Positions 27,390-40,246 are shown, counted from the stretch's first letter. The stretch: DNA of 64,000 nucleotides from Oculina patagonica (GCF_052425735.1 NC_135769.1:24180001-24244000), one strand, 5' to 3'. Program-made: numbers and translations. Notes: generated from the sequence alone by a model not told the origin.

Positions 27390-27530
27390 CTTTACCCTTC
27401 CTTTCCCTATTCTTGTCCTTGTGTTTTACCAGCTTTTTTTCTTTCTTTTGTTTCTTTTTTTCTCCTTCATCGGTAGCCGTTCCACTAGTGACTTCTGTGG
27501 ATTCTCTTTCACTCTCTGATTTCCTCTCAC
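27390..27530 (-). CDS. Internal exon 2 of DED-ankyrin gene (141 bp, Lys/Glu-rich)
   Basis: ttttattccatcag|GT GAG AGG...GGT AAA G|gtatgc. Phase 1-1 and open. Confidence 0.65.
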
Positions 27531-28166
27531 CTGATGGAATAAAACTTAATTTTAGCAAAAGACGATTTAATTCTGGCAGTCTACCAAGCCTTTTCGCAAC
27601 CCTGTTTAACAAGCAAAGTAAGCAAGTTATTGTTAACCAGTAGTAATCAAAGAAGTAATCAAAGATTAGAGCACGTGTGTACTTCGCATGTCTGATCTAT
27701 TTTTGTGGTGCTTGAATGGCTCGACAGAAAACTGATCGAATGTCAGACAACGATCTGCACACGAAGTTGGAAAAGCGAAGAATAGATTATAGCCTGCGGT
27801 TAAAGTAGTTTTTAATTAATTATAAGTATTAACTTGTACTAGACAAAACATTAAGCGACTAAGCGCATAAGCCCATCCTTAAGGCAGAAAAAGGTAATAG
27901 GCACCCCGCCTCAAATAAGCGTTCACCCACCCCCACATATCTATGATTTAATCTACAGGTGATCGACTCTCTTTCATATATGGTATATAGGGACAACATT
28001 TCACCATGCATACCTTTACCTTTCCTTTCCCTCTCCATGTATTTGTGTTTTACCACCTTTTTCCCTTTCTTTTTTTTCTTTTCTTCTCCTTCGTCCGTAG
28101 ACGTTCCACAGGCAAACGCAACAGCTAAACGCGTCTGTTGTAAATGGATACACCTTTTCTATAATG

Positions 28167-28547
28167 CGGACACTAAAACGCAGACCGAGTAGACTGCAGA
28201 TCTAGAATGCGGACTGCAGACCGTGCAGACCATGCAGACTGAGTACTTTTTTCTTACACTGGTTCTCAAAATTGCTTTCGAGTCCGATTTTTCGGTTCAA
28301 GTGACAAAATAGTGTTAGGCTTTTGAGAACAATGAATTCCAAAGAGTTTACAGTACTAGTTTTCCTGTTTCCGTGTTGCAAGCAGAAAGGGACTGAAGAT
28401 CAGCAGGAAAACAGAGTTAATTTTTGGTTTTCCAAAGGAGCTTCAGCATTTGTTGGATGGTAAAAATTTACACAAAAAGAGACTGAACCTGTTTTCCAAA
28501 AGTACTCAGTCTGCATGGTCTGCAGGGTCTGCGTTTTAGAGTGACCG
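28167..28547. mobile_element. MITE with 9-bp TSD (Mutator-like by inference)
   Basis: Imperfect TIR CGG.CACTAAAACGCAGACC / GGTCTGCGTTTTAGAGTGACCG. TSD TCTATAATG at 28158-28166 and 28548-28556. Confidence 0.75.
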
Positions 28548-29707
28548 TCTATAATGCAGTGCAAGACAAACACCTAATTGCAAAAACGTTGTCTTAAAAA
28601 AAATGAAAAAAGGAAAAATCCAAGTGAATAGGAATAATTAGGCTAAATTAATTAGGGCGGAAAACATGAACAATTCTGGAAACAATGGTTGAAGGCTACC
28701 AAGAGTGCCCGCCTTCGCCGTTAGTGTCGGTGAAAAGTCTATTAAGAGGAGATCCAGCTCTAAAGGTAATTGACGATGGCCGCGAACAACATGGACATTT
28801 GCAAAGTGAACTGGTGCCTGTGCTTGCATGTTTCCTAGTCCCGGGTTAATGTAAATAATTAAATTAATTCGTCTGACCACTCTAGCGTTGGTATCCTTTT
28901 TTCGTCTTCCCCATTTTACCAGACTAGCTTCAAGAAAAACCGAGCTACGGAGAAATTATCTCTCCCCCATGAGCGAATTGTGAAACCAAGGATAACATTT
29001 AATGTCATTTAATTGGCGACAAACAAAGTTCGCTTTAACTTGTAGCTTTCAAAAGGTGATTCGGGCGCTCGCATTTAGTGGTCTTGAAAAATTTGACAAT
29101 TCATTTTATTTCAAAATTCTTGGTATAGTTTGATAGCCAGTTCTATAAAGCTTTAATTTGATATAGGGGTTAAGGTATCTACAGCTTAAATCGGACGCGC
29201 TACATCGCTTGGACGTGAAACACCCCTGAAGGTATACGGTAACCTTAATCGAACTCACCGAAAAGTTACAGTTTGATTATGTTCAATTACAGAAGCAATC
29301 GAACAACTATTCGACCGATTGGGTTCGATTGAGTTGGATTGATTTTTTTTGATTTTTTCGATTTTTTTATTTCCGGTTTCTTCAGATTGACTATGCCAGG
29401 TTTATACAAAGAAGCCTCTGAGAAGCGGGGGCTAGAACAGGGATATCTGCGCTGCTCTAAACTACGTTAAAGTGCTTTAAATTACGTCTGTTAAAAGGAG
29501 ACAACGTGAACTTTATCGTGCTTGGTGTTTTTTTGGTTGCTGTTTTTAATCCTTTGGAGGTTTATCTCCATCGCTAGGCAAACACTCGATATCCAACTTG
29601 TACTTTGCTAGAAGGGGCTTTTTACTTTCTTGATGGTTGCCAAGTATTTCTGATTACTGCGTTGACCTCTAACAACTTGACTGATAGGTGGCGTTTGTCA
29701 AACTGAA

Positions 29708-29890
29708 GTTATTACATTTTGCGTAAAATTTATTACATTTTGCGTTACTTTAGTCTACTACATTTTGTGTTTAAAGATATTACATTTTGGGTTACAGAGT
29801 TTATTACATTATGTGTGCGTCAAAAGTTATTATTACATGTTGGGTTACTATATATTACATAATTTTTGCAATTATTACATTTTGTGGCGT
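29708..29890 (+). repeat. ATTACATTTTG-type minisatellite
   Basis: Repeated TTATTACATTTTG(C/T)G units. Confidence 0.8.
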
Positions 29891-30194
29891 AACAATGTCT
29901 GTGACGCAGGCTACAGACATCAGTATGCAAGTATCAATGCAGTATCGGCGCAATGTCGGTAACCTCTCGATTGACATGACAGCCGACTATTGGACAAACA
30001 CTCTTGGTCGACATATCGACCGACATATCGACCGATACTCGGCTGGTTCGTCGACCGAGATATGTCGGTCGACATACTGGCCGAGTATCGGTCGACATAT
30101 TGACCGACATATCGGTCGAGTATCGGTCGATATGTCGACCGATACATCGGTCGAGTGTCGACCGAGGGGTGCACAAAATACATATGATCCAGAA

Positions 30195-30751
30195 TCGCTT
30201 ATCTACCAATTACAAGTGACCGTCACGACAGACGACAACAACCCTCCCCAAACCTACGTCGGGCTAACTAAAAATTCTTTTAAGACCAGATACTCAAATC
30301 ATAAAACATCATTTACAAATTCAAACAAAAGGTTCAGCACCGAGCTAAGTAAACACATCTGGCATTTGAAAGACAATAAGTCGAAGTTTAAAGTCACTTG
30401 GAGAATTTTAAAGCAAGCTGCCCCATATAACCCCGCTTCTAAACGATGTAATCTATATATGCCTCTGGGAGAAGTACTTTATTATTTGTAAACCTGAGTT
30501 AGGCTCTCTGAACAAGCGAAATGAACTGATAACTTCATGTAGACACGCAAACAAATTCCTCCTGAAGAATGCTAAATTTTGAAGTTTCTCTTGTCACGCA
30601 ATAGTTTTCAATTTGTATTGTATTGTTTTGTAAAATAGTTCACTTTTTCTAGCTACCATATTTCCAACGGCCGCATGTGCATTTCAAATCAGTGTAACGA
30701 TGTAAATTCGCATTTGGCAATTTTATCTGATGAGTGCTGCACGGTTGTGTA

Positions 30752-30783
<32 letters not shown>

Positions 30784-30800
30784 CAAATCTACAGTTGATT
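30195..30800 (+). mobile_element. Penelope-like retroelement 3' remnant (GIY-YIG endonuclease + pLTR)
   Basis: IYQ..TYVGLT.NSFKTRYSNH..TELSKHIW..KRCNL, then after a frameshift EKYFII..LNKRNEL..CRH, which is typical of a Penelope GIY-YIG C-terminus. Confidence 0.85.
30714..30781 (+). ncRNA. Minimal type I hammerhead ribozyme
   Basis: CTGATGA core (30727-30733), stem II GTGCTGCAC-ggtt-GTGTAGTAC, GAAAC, short stem III, GTA cleavage triplet (30767-30769), stem I TTGGC(A)ATTTTAT / ATAAAATGCCAA. Confidence 0.85.
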
Positions 30801-30825
30801 TGTTCATCATCTGTTATAAACAGTA

Positions 30826-32341
30826 CAGTACGTATGTGGCCCTTGGTCCGCGAGTAAAAGTTATAAACTTGAATATCTTACTTGAATCAAAGCCCGATGA
30901 GCTGAAATTTTTCTTGAAGATAGATTTTATGCCTCTCTTTATAATTGCAAAGTGGCATTAATGCCTGAACTAAAATATTTTTCATGTAATTCAAAAAACA
31001 GTGACCGTGCTCGCAGGTCCTTGGTCCGCACATTTGGTCCTTTATCCGCGAGTCACGTAAACAAAGTGAAAATTACTGTAAATCGCAATAATTTTCAAAA
31101 AAGTTGCAATGTTTTAGCAATATTTAATCTATTCTTTACTATTTTTGACATTTTTAAGCTTCAGTCTTGCTGGAAGTCGTTGTAAGGTGCGAGTATAAAA
31201 CAACCAGTATATTCTTTAGATTTCTTTCAGACCGAAGTCTCCAACGAAACCCGCGTCTTAATTTCTTCTCTTTATAACTCTCCAGTTTAATTTTGAAACA
31301 TTTGAAGCGAGGATAAATGCCGTAGCACCAATGTTTGCACCCAGTACTTAATATTTTTCTGAATGATCGTTAAGCGTTGTTTTAGAACATTTTTTTAATT
31401 CACAGTTGAAGGTCACGGACCAAGGACCCATATGCGAAAATTGTTTATAACTTTCATTAGTCGCTAAACCGAAAATTTGCAACTCTGCAGCAAATTTCTT
31501 CGCAGATCCTGAAATCTATTGATCTATTAACCTGTTCTCCAAAAAACACGTTATCCCGTTGCGTTTTATCTATGCACTAGCTTATAATTAGTAAACGCGA
31601 CCATGTAATTCACGGACCCGCGAAAAGTTGAAATTTCAAGTAAGGCAAATTTACCTGTCTGTTGACAAGCGTGAATTTCGCATCGTAACTGACAGTAAAA
31701 AAGCTGAAAATTTAACATACCAAAGAAGAATAGTCAAAGAATCATTGGAAACATTCATTTTTTGCCGAAGTTTAGATATCGAGGAAATATTAAATCTTAT
31801 AACCCACCCATTAATTTTTGCGCGCGCTCATTGGACAAAACGCATCACGTGGTACAAAATCGGACGACGGGTATCAGCGAATATACCCCGTCCGATTTGA
31901 TATCCGTCGCCCGATTTTGTAGGCAAGCAGAAAACAAACGAATTAAGTCACTTTATTCGATTCTAACTTTTAATGAAATCACAGAGTTGAAAATCACGTA
32001 AGCCAATCAACTTGCATTTGTTTCAACCACAGTTAATCCGGGTTTATTACGCAGGTTTTTTCCTATAAATTTACTGGCGATGAAACGCGTTGTAGAAATT
32101 AATCGGAGGGTTATAAAATAAATAAACCCCTTTTGGCTTGCTGGTATATTGGAGGATAATGCCCTCGGCTGAAAGATTGTCCTCAAAATTTCACAGTTGC
32201 CCTCGAAGCTTCGCTTCTCGGCCAACTGTTCATTTTTCGACAATCTTTCAGCCTCGGGCATTATCCTCCAATACACCAGCCGCCTGAAGGGGTTTATTTA
32301 CTAAATATTCGAAAAAGTCGCGGACCAAGGACCACATACTG
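30826..32341. mobile_element. TA-flanked non-autonomous TIR element in intron 1
   Basis: TIR (CA)GTATGTGG.CCTTGGTCCGCGA / TCGCGGACCAAGGACCACATACTG, with internal copies of GGTCCTTGGTCCGC. Confidence 0.7.
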
Positions 32342-32384
32342 TAGTGTATATATAAAAACTTCCAAACATGCTTTGTCTACATAC

Positions 32385-32691
32385 CACCGGCGTTATTGTT
32401 CACAGATGCTGTTAAAAAAGCTTGAATCTTCCGTGACAGATCCACTCTGTCAATTGTTTCGAGCAAATCCTGCAGAAGAGCGAGATTCCGCGGACCAATT
32501 CTTCCGTCTCGCTCGAGAACGTCAAAGAACTGCAATCCAGTGGATATTTTTTCTCTTGTTCCGCGCGGAATGAAATCGGCTCCAACGAAATTTAACATTT
32601 CAACCTCTTTGCTAGAAAGGCCAAACGATAAATCGGCGAGAAGCTTTCTGTAAGGGCTCAAAAAGCTTTTTTCTTCTGCGGACGAAGCCAT
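32385..32691 (-). CDS. Exon 1 of DED-ankyrin gene: death effector domain
   Basis: YRKLLADLSFGLSSKEVEMLNF...LQFFDVLERDGRIGPRNLALLQDLLETIDRVDL, including the RxDL motif of DEDs. ATG at 32691, phase-1 donor G|gtatgt. Confidence 0.88.
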
Positions 32692-33013
32692 CGTCGTGGA
32701 AAAGTCAAAACGCAAAACGCGGAAGTTAGGGGAGTTGCCACATTTTACATTCTTGTTCCCAGAGCTCTAGCTTTTGGATCACGTGGGTTGAGCACGACGA
32801 TTCAAAGGGATACCCCTGGGATACCCACAAAATACAGCATTTAGTGAAGTCAGTGAAGTTATTCACGGTTCTGCTCAAGAACCATTTATCTTCTTTCGAA
32901 GCTTTGTCTCAATAAATTTGATCGTTCTTTATAACTAAAACTAGTAGTAATCAGCGATTAGGGGAATGCGTTCGAGTAAGGCTTGAAAGGAGGGGTAGTT
33001 TTTGGTGTTGACT

Positions 33014-33023
33014 GGGATTTCCC
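33014..33023 (+). promoter_or_regulatory. Candidate NF-kappaB site GGGATTTCCC
   Basis: Matches GGGRNYYYCC, about 325 bp upstream of the DED ATG. Related GGGATACCC motifs at about 32807 and 32818. Confidence 0.4.
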
Positions 33024-33511
33024 CTTTTTAGCTCATTCTCAAGAATGAGGTATTAGAATCGTACAGATGTTGACGGAAGTTGTTTTGCATGCGTGTGCGT
33101 GTACCAAAATTGTGTGGACGGAAGTTGTAGAACGGAAGTTGTAGAACGGAAGTGATTTTACATGCTACCCCTCCCCCCATAGTAACGTCAAAAATAACTT
33201 CAATGAAGCTCAGATGCAAATGTGAAAAGAAATGAAATCCTTGTATAGGGTAATAAATAAATTTAGATGAAATCACAATTTCGGAACTGTCTACAATGAT
33301 AAGACCCCTCAACATGTCCTCGACCCTGATCCCAATCTGTCTACATCCAAGAGAAAGTATAAGGAGCGATCTAAAAAAATATTCAATGGAATTTTTTTGG
33401 TACGTTTGAAGCAGAGTTGGTTTTGGCTCGTGACGTGACGCAGCTGATGTTCACCCGCACGCGACCCTGCACGCATTTCTGTGCGTGCACAATGAACCAA
33501 AAATTAAGTTA

Positions 33512-34038
33512 CCGTATTTACTCGAATAAGCGCCGCGGCGCTTATTTAATTTTTGGCGCCTCAGGTGCGGCGCTTATTCGAGGGCGGCGCTTATTTGAGG
33601 GCGGCGCTTATTAAAAATTTCGACGCCACCAAGAATCTAATCCTTTACATTAATTGAAATAACGTTTTTTGATTGTCACTATTCGCCTCTTGCTGAAGAA
33701 AGAAGTGGTGCTAGCTGTCCTAGCAAAGTTCACGGCCTTCACAACATTTACAGAACTACGTATTGTAAGAATGTTGGACAGAAAAACTAATGGGCGAGCG
33801 GTAAAACAATCACTTTGAACTGCAAAACATCGCTTTTGATGGAAAGAAATATCCAAGTTTTGTTTTAGAGTTGCTTTGTAGTGCTGTTTTTAGTAAAAAC
33901 GGATTTCCTTGAATAAGCGCCGCATCCGGACTGCGGCGCTTATTCGGGGGCGGCGCTTATAAACTTTTTTGTCCGAAATGCGGCGCTTATTCGAAGGCGG
34001 CGCTTATTCGGGGGCGGCGCTTATTCGAGTAAATACGG
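33512..34038. mobile_element. TA-flanked MITE (CCGTATTTACTCGAATAAGCGCCGC TIR; pogo/mariner-like)
   Basis: 25-bp TIR, TA TSD and internal GCGGCGCTTATT repeats. Removing it restores the Helentron 298-bp repeat unit. Confidence 0.9.
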
Positions 34039-34858
34039 TACGTCAACTCTCTTTTTAGAAATGCACGATCTGCGCACGTCGCCGAAAATGTATCAAATAT
34101 ATATTTTTTGTTATTTACTTTCCTCTTTCTAAGAACCCTCGACATGTTGTCTTCGACCGTCATCCCAATCTCCCCACGTCCAAGTAAAAGGATAAAGAGT
34201 CATCCAAAAATTGACTCATGACGTTACGCAGCTAATGTTCACACGCACGCATTTCTCTACGTCTACAATGAACCAAAAATAAAGACACGTCAACTCTCTT
34301 TGTAATGTAGTAAGGCACGACCCGCACACGCGTCCCTCTTAAATCAATAACTTATCACCTCCCCCCTTAGTAAAAGCCAAAATTAACTTCGATTAAGCGG
34401 AGATACACATGTAAAAAGAAATGAAATGTTTTTATAGCCTAATGATTAGTTTATAAATAAATTAACATGAAAACAGAATTTCTGAAGTTCTAAAAATTGC
34501 AACATGGATCGATAAAGCCGAAAGATTTTCACGTAGGGGACCCTGAACGGGTTCACTTCATACGTGCTGACACGCGCAATCGAGTCCACGAGGTAGACGA
34601 TTGAGGAAGCCATATTGGCAAGACGAAGATTTCCTTTCGTATTGGTAAGTAATCATTGCTTTATTATTGTGCTTGTCCTTTGGAGCTCTTCAACATACAA
34701 CGCACACATCAATCATAGCGGCCAAGATAGTCTCACTAAAACGTTTTTTCGAGCTCCAACGTTTCGATCCAGACTTGAGGCTCGCTCGAACAAGAACTGC
34801 TATTGACAATTTGCAAATACAAAGCACAAAAGAATCTCTCATAAAAAAGTTGCTTGAG

Positions 34859-37800
34859 ATGGCTACCACTCACATTAGATCAATCACAGACAGTGCTATC
34901 AAGTTTATAAAGACGAAGCTGTCCTTGTTGGCTCGTAAGTTTACCTTGCTGTTCTCCAAACCACAGGCAGCAACACAAGTGGCTGATCATGCGTTGAATA
35001 CATCGAAAGATAAAGGCAGCATCGAGAGAAAGACAACCTTTTGCTCACTCAGCAATGAAGTCTCAGTACAGGTACAGTATAAAAATGCAATCTTCAGATC
35101 TCGTTACGATATCTATATTAATTTCTGTCAACAAAACGTAAGGCGAAGAAGGAGTAGAGCAGTGTCAAGAATCCCCACAAGCCAAATAAAGCGTGTTATG
35201 CAAAAGAGTAAAAAAGTGGTAATTACTGTGCGGAAACATGTCCGAAAAGTTGTCCCACAGTCATCAAAACTTCATGCGTACTTAAACAAAAAAACCAGTG
35301 CATACTATAGGTTAAATATTGAATTCTGTGGAATTTCTGATCGTAAGCATAAATCAGCTACAAAGCAAAGGTCTAATCACAATAAAAAACATTATGAATC
35401 TACAAATCATTGCTTCATAAAACAACAGAGAATGTTTTTTGTTAATGTACAAACAAGAACACCAAAACACAAGAACTGTGTTGCCTGTGTTTATACTGAT
35501 GAACATGGTTTAAAGAAATTGCAGTGCTATTGTGTACAAATACTGTGGGTGGCTCATCGCACAATATCATTAAGTGGTGATGTAGAGAAGAATCCTGGGC
35601 CTTCCGCTCAGACGAACATTGACAAAAATGACTCATGTGCCATATCAGTCAATTCAGTTTCATTACTTGAATCCAGATTAGCTGAATTTGGTAGAATTCC
35701 AGTTAATGTATTAGGAGATGGGAACTGTTTTTTCCGTGCGGTGTCATGTCAGCTACACAACACTCCCGACAATCATTTTTATATACGCTGTCTTGGAATT
35801 CAGCATCTTGTGCATCACCCTGAGTTGTATATAGAAAGCAACTTCGAACACTCTTGGCAAAACTATGTCAACAATATGGCAAGACAAGGAACATTGGCAG
35901 ATAATATTATAATTCAAGCTGTTGCAAATTCTCTGAATGTCACAATTAATATCATAGAGTCAAATGTAAATTTTTCTCCCATCACTGTTGTACATCCAGT
36001 TAATACTAATGCAGACACAACAAATATTTATATTGGCCACATACAAGAATATCATTATGTGTCTTCAGTGCTAGCCTTGAACTCTAATACCTCTGAAATG
36101 ACAAGTGAGAATAGATTAATCCAAAAATCAGTTAGTTCACGTGAAGACCAAGTAGAACAGTATCAAGAAACACAATTACCACAAAAGGACCATGGAGATC
36201 TTGTCAATAAAGAAGAAGATAATAGGAAGAGAGCAAATGAATCAGAAACAAACAAAGCAGAAAAACGTAAAGTTTCTAAAAGGGAATACATGCGAAAGAA
36301 ACGGGCAAGCCCAGAGTACAGACAAAGGCAAAATACACCAAGAACCAAGAGGTTAAAATTATCAGAAACAGACAAAGCTGAAAAGCGGAAAGCTTCTAAT
36401 AGAGAAAACATGCAGAAGAAACGGGAAAATCCAGAGTACAGACTAAGAGAAAATAGACGAAGAACAGTTGGTTTAGAATGTGATAGTAATATAGTTCTCA
36501 GAGAAAAAATTGTAAATTGTAAAACCTCTGAAAGAGAATTCATACAAACAGAACATGGGGAAGCTGTTAACAAAGTGAAAGATAACCACAAGAGACTAAA
36601 ATTATCTGCTGAAAAGCGGAAAACTTCTAATAGAGAAAACATGCGGAAGAAACGGGAAAATCCAGAGTATAGACAAAGAGAAAATAGACGAAGAACAGTA
36701 AGTTTAGAATGTGATAGTAATATAGTTCTCAGAGAAAAAAATGAAAATTGTAAAACCTCTAAAAGAAAATTTATAGGAAAAAAACATCGGGAAACTGTTA
36801 ACAAAGGGGAGATAACCACAAGAGACTAAAATTATCAGAGGCAGACAAGACTGAAAAGCGCAGACCTTCTAAAATAGAACACATGCAAAAGAAACGAAAA
36901 AAATTGCAACAAATGAAAATACAGAAAGAGACCAATAATCTAAGTACAATAATACCAGAACCTTGCGAAAATTATGCAAATGCTTGCAAATCCATGATAA
37001 GCAATTTTCATGACAATATAAGTTGTGGTCCTGAGTACATATGTACCTGCTGTGATCAATTGTGGTACAAATCTTCAGTTAGAAAATGCAATGCAACCAA
37101 TTATAGCAAATGTCAACAAAAGATTGTCCAGTCTTGTATTACTGGAGTAAAAAGTATCAACAATACTGAATGGATCTGTAATACCTGTCATTTAAATATA
37201 AATCAGGGTAAATTACCGACATGTTCAAAGGCAAATGGCATGGGTTTCCCTGATAAACCAGAAGTTCTTGATTTGACCTCACTAGAAGAAAGGCTTGTAT
37301 CACCACGCATTCCATTCATGCAAATCCGTGAACTTCCAAGAGGTGGTCAGCTGTCAATTCATGGAAATGTAGTTAATGTACCAAGTGATGTCAATTCAAC
37401 TGTGCACGCCCTTCCTAGACATTTCAGTGAGTCACAAACTATCCCAATAAAACTAAAGAGGCGACTAAGCTATAAACACCACTATCAGTTTCAAAACATA
37501 AGACCAAAAAAAGTTTTACAGGCAGCTAAATATCTTGTTAGTACTAGTGAGTTATTTAAAAGTGAAGGCATACAGGTTCAAGATACATGGCAAAACAGTG
37601 CCAGCACACAACCTGAGGAAAATGAAGAATGGCATGAGTTCCAATATAATGTTGAAAATGATTGTGAGAAAGACGTTCAACATAGTGCAAATAATTGTAA
37701 CGACGACAATTTAGGTTGTCTAAATTCTGAAACTATTGATAGTGATGATGACGATGACAATTGGTGTGAAGTTGTTGAACGTCCGTCGGGAGTGACAGAC

Positions 37801-38244
37801 ACCTTGTTACAAGAACCAGAAATAACAGAAAATGGTGATAACATCATAAGCTTTGCACCAGGTGAGGGAAACAAACCTTTGGGTATATTTATGGATAAAG
37901 ATTCAGAATTTCTATCATTTCCCACACTATTCTGTGGAAAACGTAGAGTAGATCACACTAAAAGGAAGGTCCCTGTTTCATATAGCACAGTAGCAAAGTG
38001 GGAATTGAGATGTCAAGACAGAAGAGCAGCACAATCAGTCCCTAATTTGTTTTATAAACTAAAAAAGCTACAAATTAAGCAAATTCAAGACACTGCTTGC
38101 ATTTCTCTTAGGAAATGTAAAACCAAAGGTAAGAAGTACACTGCCGGTGACTTAAAGTCAGAGGATCATGTAAATAAGCTGATACATCTTGATGAAGGTT
38201 TCAGAGTATTAAAAAATTTAAGAGGAAGCCCAGCATATTTTCAA
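34859..38244 (+). pseudogene. Helentron polyprotein N-terminal part: 2A-like motif, OTU protease, basic repeats, Cys-rich region, Rep N-terminus
   Basis: GDVEKNPGP, GDGNCFFRAVS..HYVS (OTU), CTCC/WICNTC, LEERLVSPRIPFMQIRELPRGGQ and LRGSPAYF. A 1-bp deletion near 36809 joins the 720-aa and 475-aa ORFs, as seen by comparing internal repeat copies. Confidence 0.88.
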
Positions 38245-40246
38245 CAAGCAGCTATTTCAAAAAGAAATAGTGTTTCGTTTCCTGATTGCGGAAGGGTAAG
38301 AATAGTGTAACACTTAAGGAGAGGTGGGTTTGGGGTTTACTTTAATTTGGAGAAGGTCCTAGTGTATGTTAAATTTGCCGAATTTATGCACGAGTGCAGA
38401 ATGAAAAGAAGAACTTCATATTCAGTAGTAACTTAAATTCTCATTTTACACCTACTGTCGATTTTATGTAAAGGAGACATAAACTACGTCCTGCTGCAGT
38501 TTGGCTTTCAAGAGTTCAAGTAACACATAAATATTTCTCTTTATAGAAATAGCATATGTCTTTATCTCCAAATTAAGTTAAGTGAAGGGAGCTTGCCTTT
38601 ATCGTTATTACTCATCCAGTGGAAATTAAAATGATTTTTTTTATTTCTGCAGAACACTTTTTTGCTTAAAAATGGCACCCGATAGCATAACTTTGGATGT
38701 TACATGAATGGAAAAATAACTTACAGAAAATATTGAGCGCTCTTCAAAATACATTCTTCCCAAGAAAGAAAGAATAAAGATATTCCTATCAATGTGGGGA
38801 AACATGAAACCACAAGAGTAAAATGCAAGATCAGAGTAATGCAATTAATTTAAATGGTTTATTTTTTGAAACAAACAATGGGTTGTTCCAGAAAAAATCC
38901 ACACCCCCCCGACGGATGGGATTCTGGAAATTCTCGCGGGAGGGGGGGTAAAGGGCTCTGGAAATCCAGGCGGGAGGGGGGGTTGAACCTCAAAAAGTCT
39001 TCTGCAGGGGTCATTTCAACCGATAATTCGAGCGCTTCGAACGTTTAGTTCGGTGACACTTCAGCGCCATCAGATCTTGAAAAAGTCGATTATATTTTTG
39101 TTCATATATTTCTCACCTGACATAAATGATAATCTAAGTTCCTTCACAGGTCTTTTTATAGCAGAAAACGTTGAAGCAAGATACAAAATTAAAGAGAACC
39201 CGTCACAAGATCTCACAACGTTGTTGCAACGAAGATCGTGAAACGCCTGACACATTTCTACTCGCCTGACACATTTCTACTCGTACCCAGACCCAGCGCG
39301 CCACCGTTGTGTAATTTCACGTTAGCTCCGTTGAAATCTTGGTTGTTTGGTGTCATGATAATAAAAAAGAAAAGAAAAACAACTGATTTACTTTCAAACC
39401 TTCGCACTTTGTATTTTTAGTTTTTTTTTTGTTATCTTGGTCTACAATTATCAGCCCAGTCTGCCTACTTCTCGGCTTTTTAAACCTTCAGCACAGATTG
39501 CCCAGCGTCAGCATCTTTGTAACAAGGTTTGCGAAACGTAAATGGAATAAATTTTTTTGCGCTAAATAATTTCTCTCAAGTTTGCTTTGCTTATCATTAT
39601 CCCCTTCCGAGACCTCTGCAGCCGCAGTAGCTTCTGCTTTAACTGTTGCTTATTACTAACGGTCACTGGTCATTAAGTGTTAACCTTTGCCAGAAAAAAA
39701 TGAACACATAATTTTAACGACAAAGACGAGTTTATTTGCAAATATATGGTGTAACAACTATGTATTTAGTGTAACAATAATAAAAAAACAGTCGTTCCTT
39801 ATTATTTTACCCCTATATAATAAATACTATGCTTCTAATATCTTTGTGGGTACGAAATAACGTTGATAATTTGTTCAATTTTGTACTGTAAACAACTTTA
39901 AATCAAAACTTTTAAACAAAAACAACATTTTCGTTAGTAAATAACTGTAACCAAGATACACTTTCTTTCTGTGCTCGCGCGGGCTTACAAAATTATCGTG
40001 TAAAATTATTTCTGACGCAAACTTAGAAAGATATCGAGCTTAAAAATTCATAAACTGGACATCTTTGCATCAAGGTCTTAACTCCTGAACAAAAACAACA
40101 CTTAAATCACCAGCAAATAACTGTAGCCATAATACACTTTCTTGTTGTAATCGCGCTGGCTTTGTAGATTACTGTGTGAAATTATTTCTGACGCGAACTA
40201 AGAAAGATCGATATTAAAAAACACGAACTGTCATTAAAAAATGTCT

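Noticed and set aside
29787-30491. 234-aa ORF as a real gene
   Set aside because: It is a chance read-through of two minisatellites into a frameshifted Penelope GIY-YIG remnant.
38245-38310. C-terminus of the 475-aa ORF, or the insert as a spliceosomal intron
   Set aside because: It is read-through into the HINE end. The junctions are not GT-AG.
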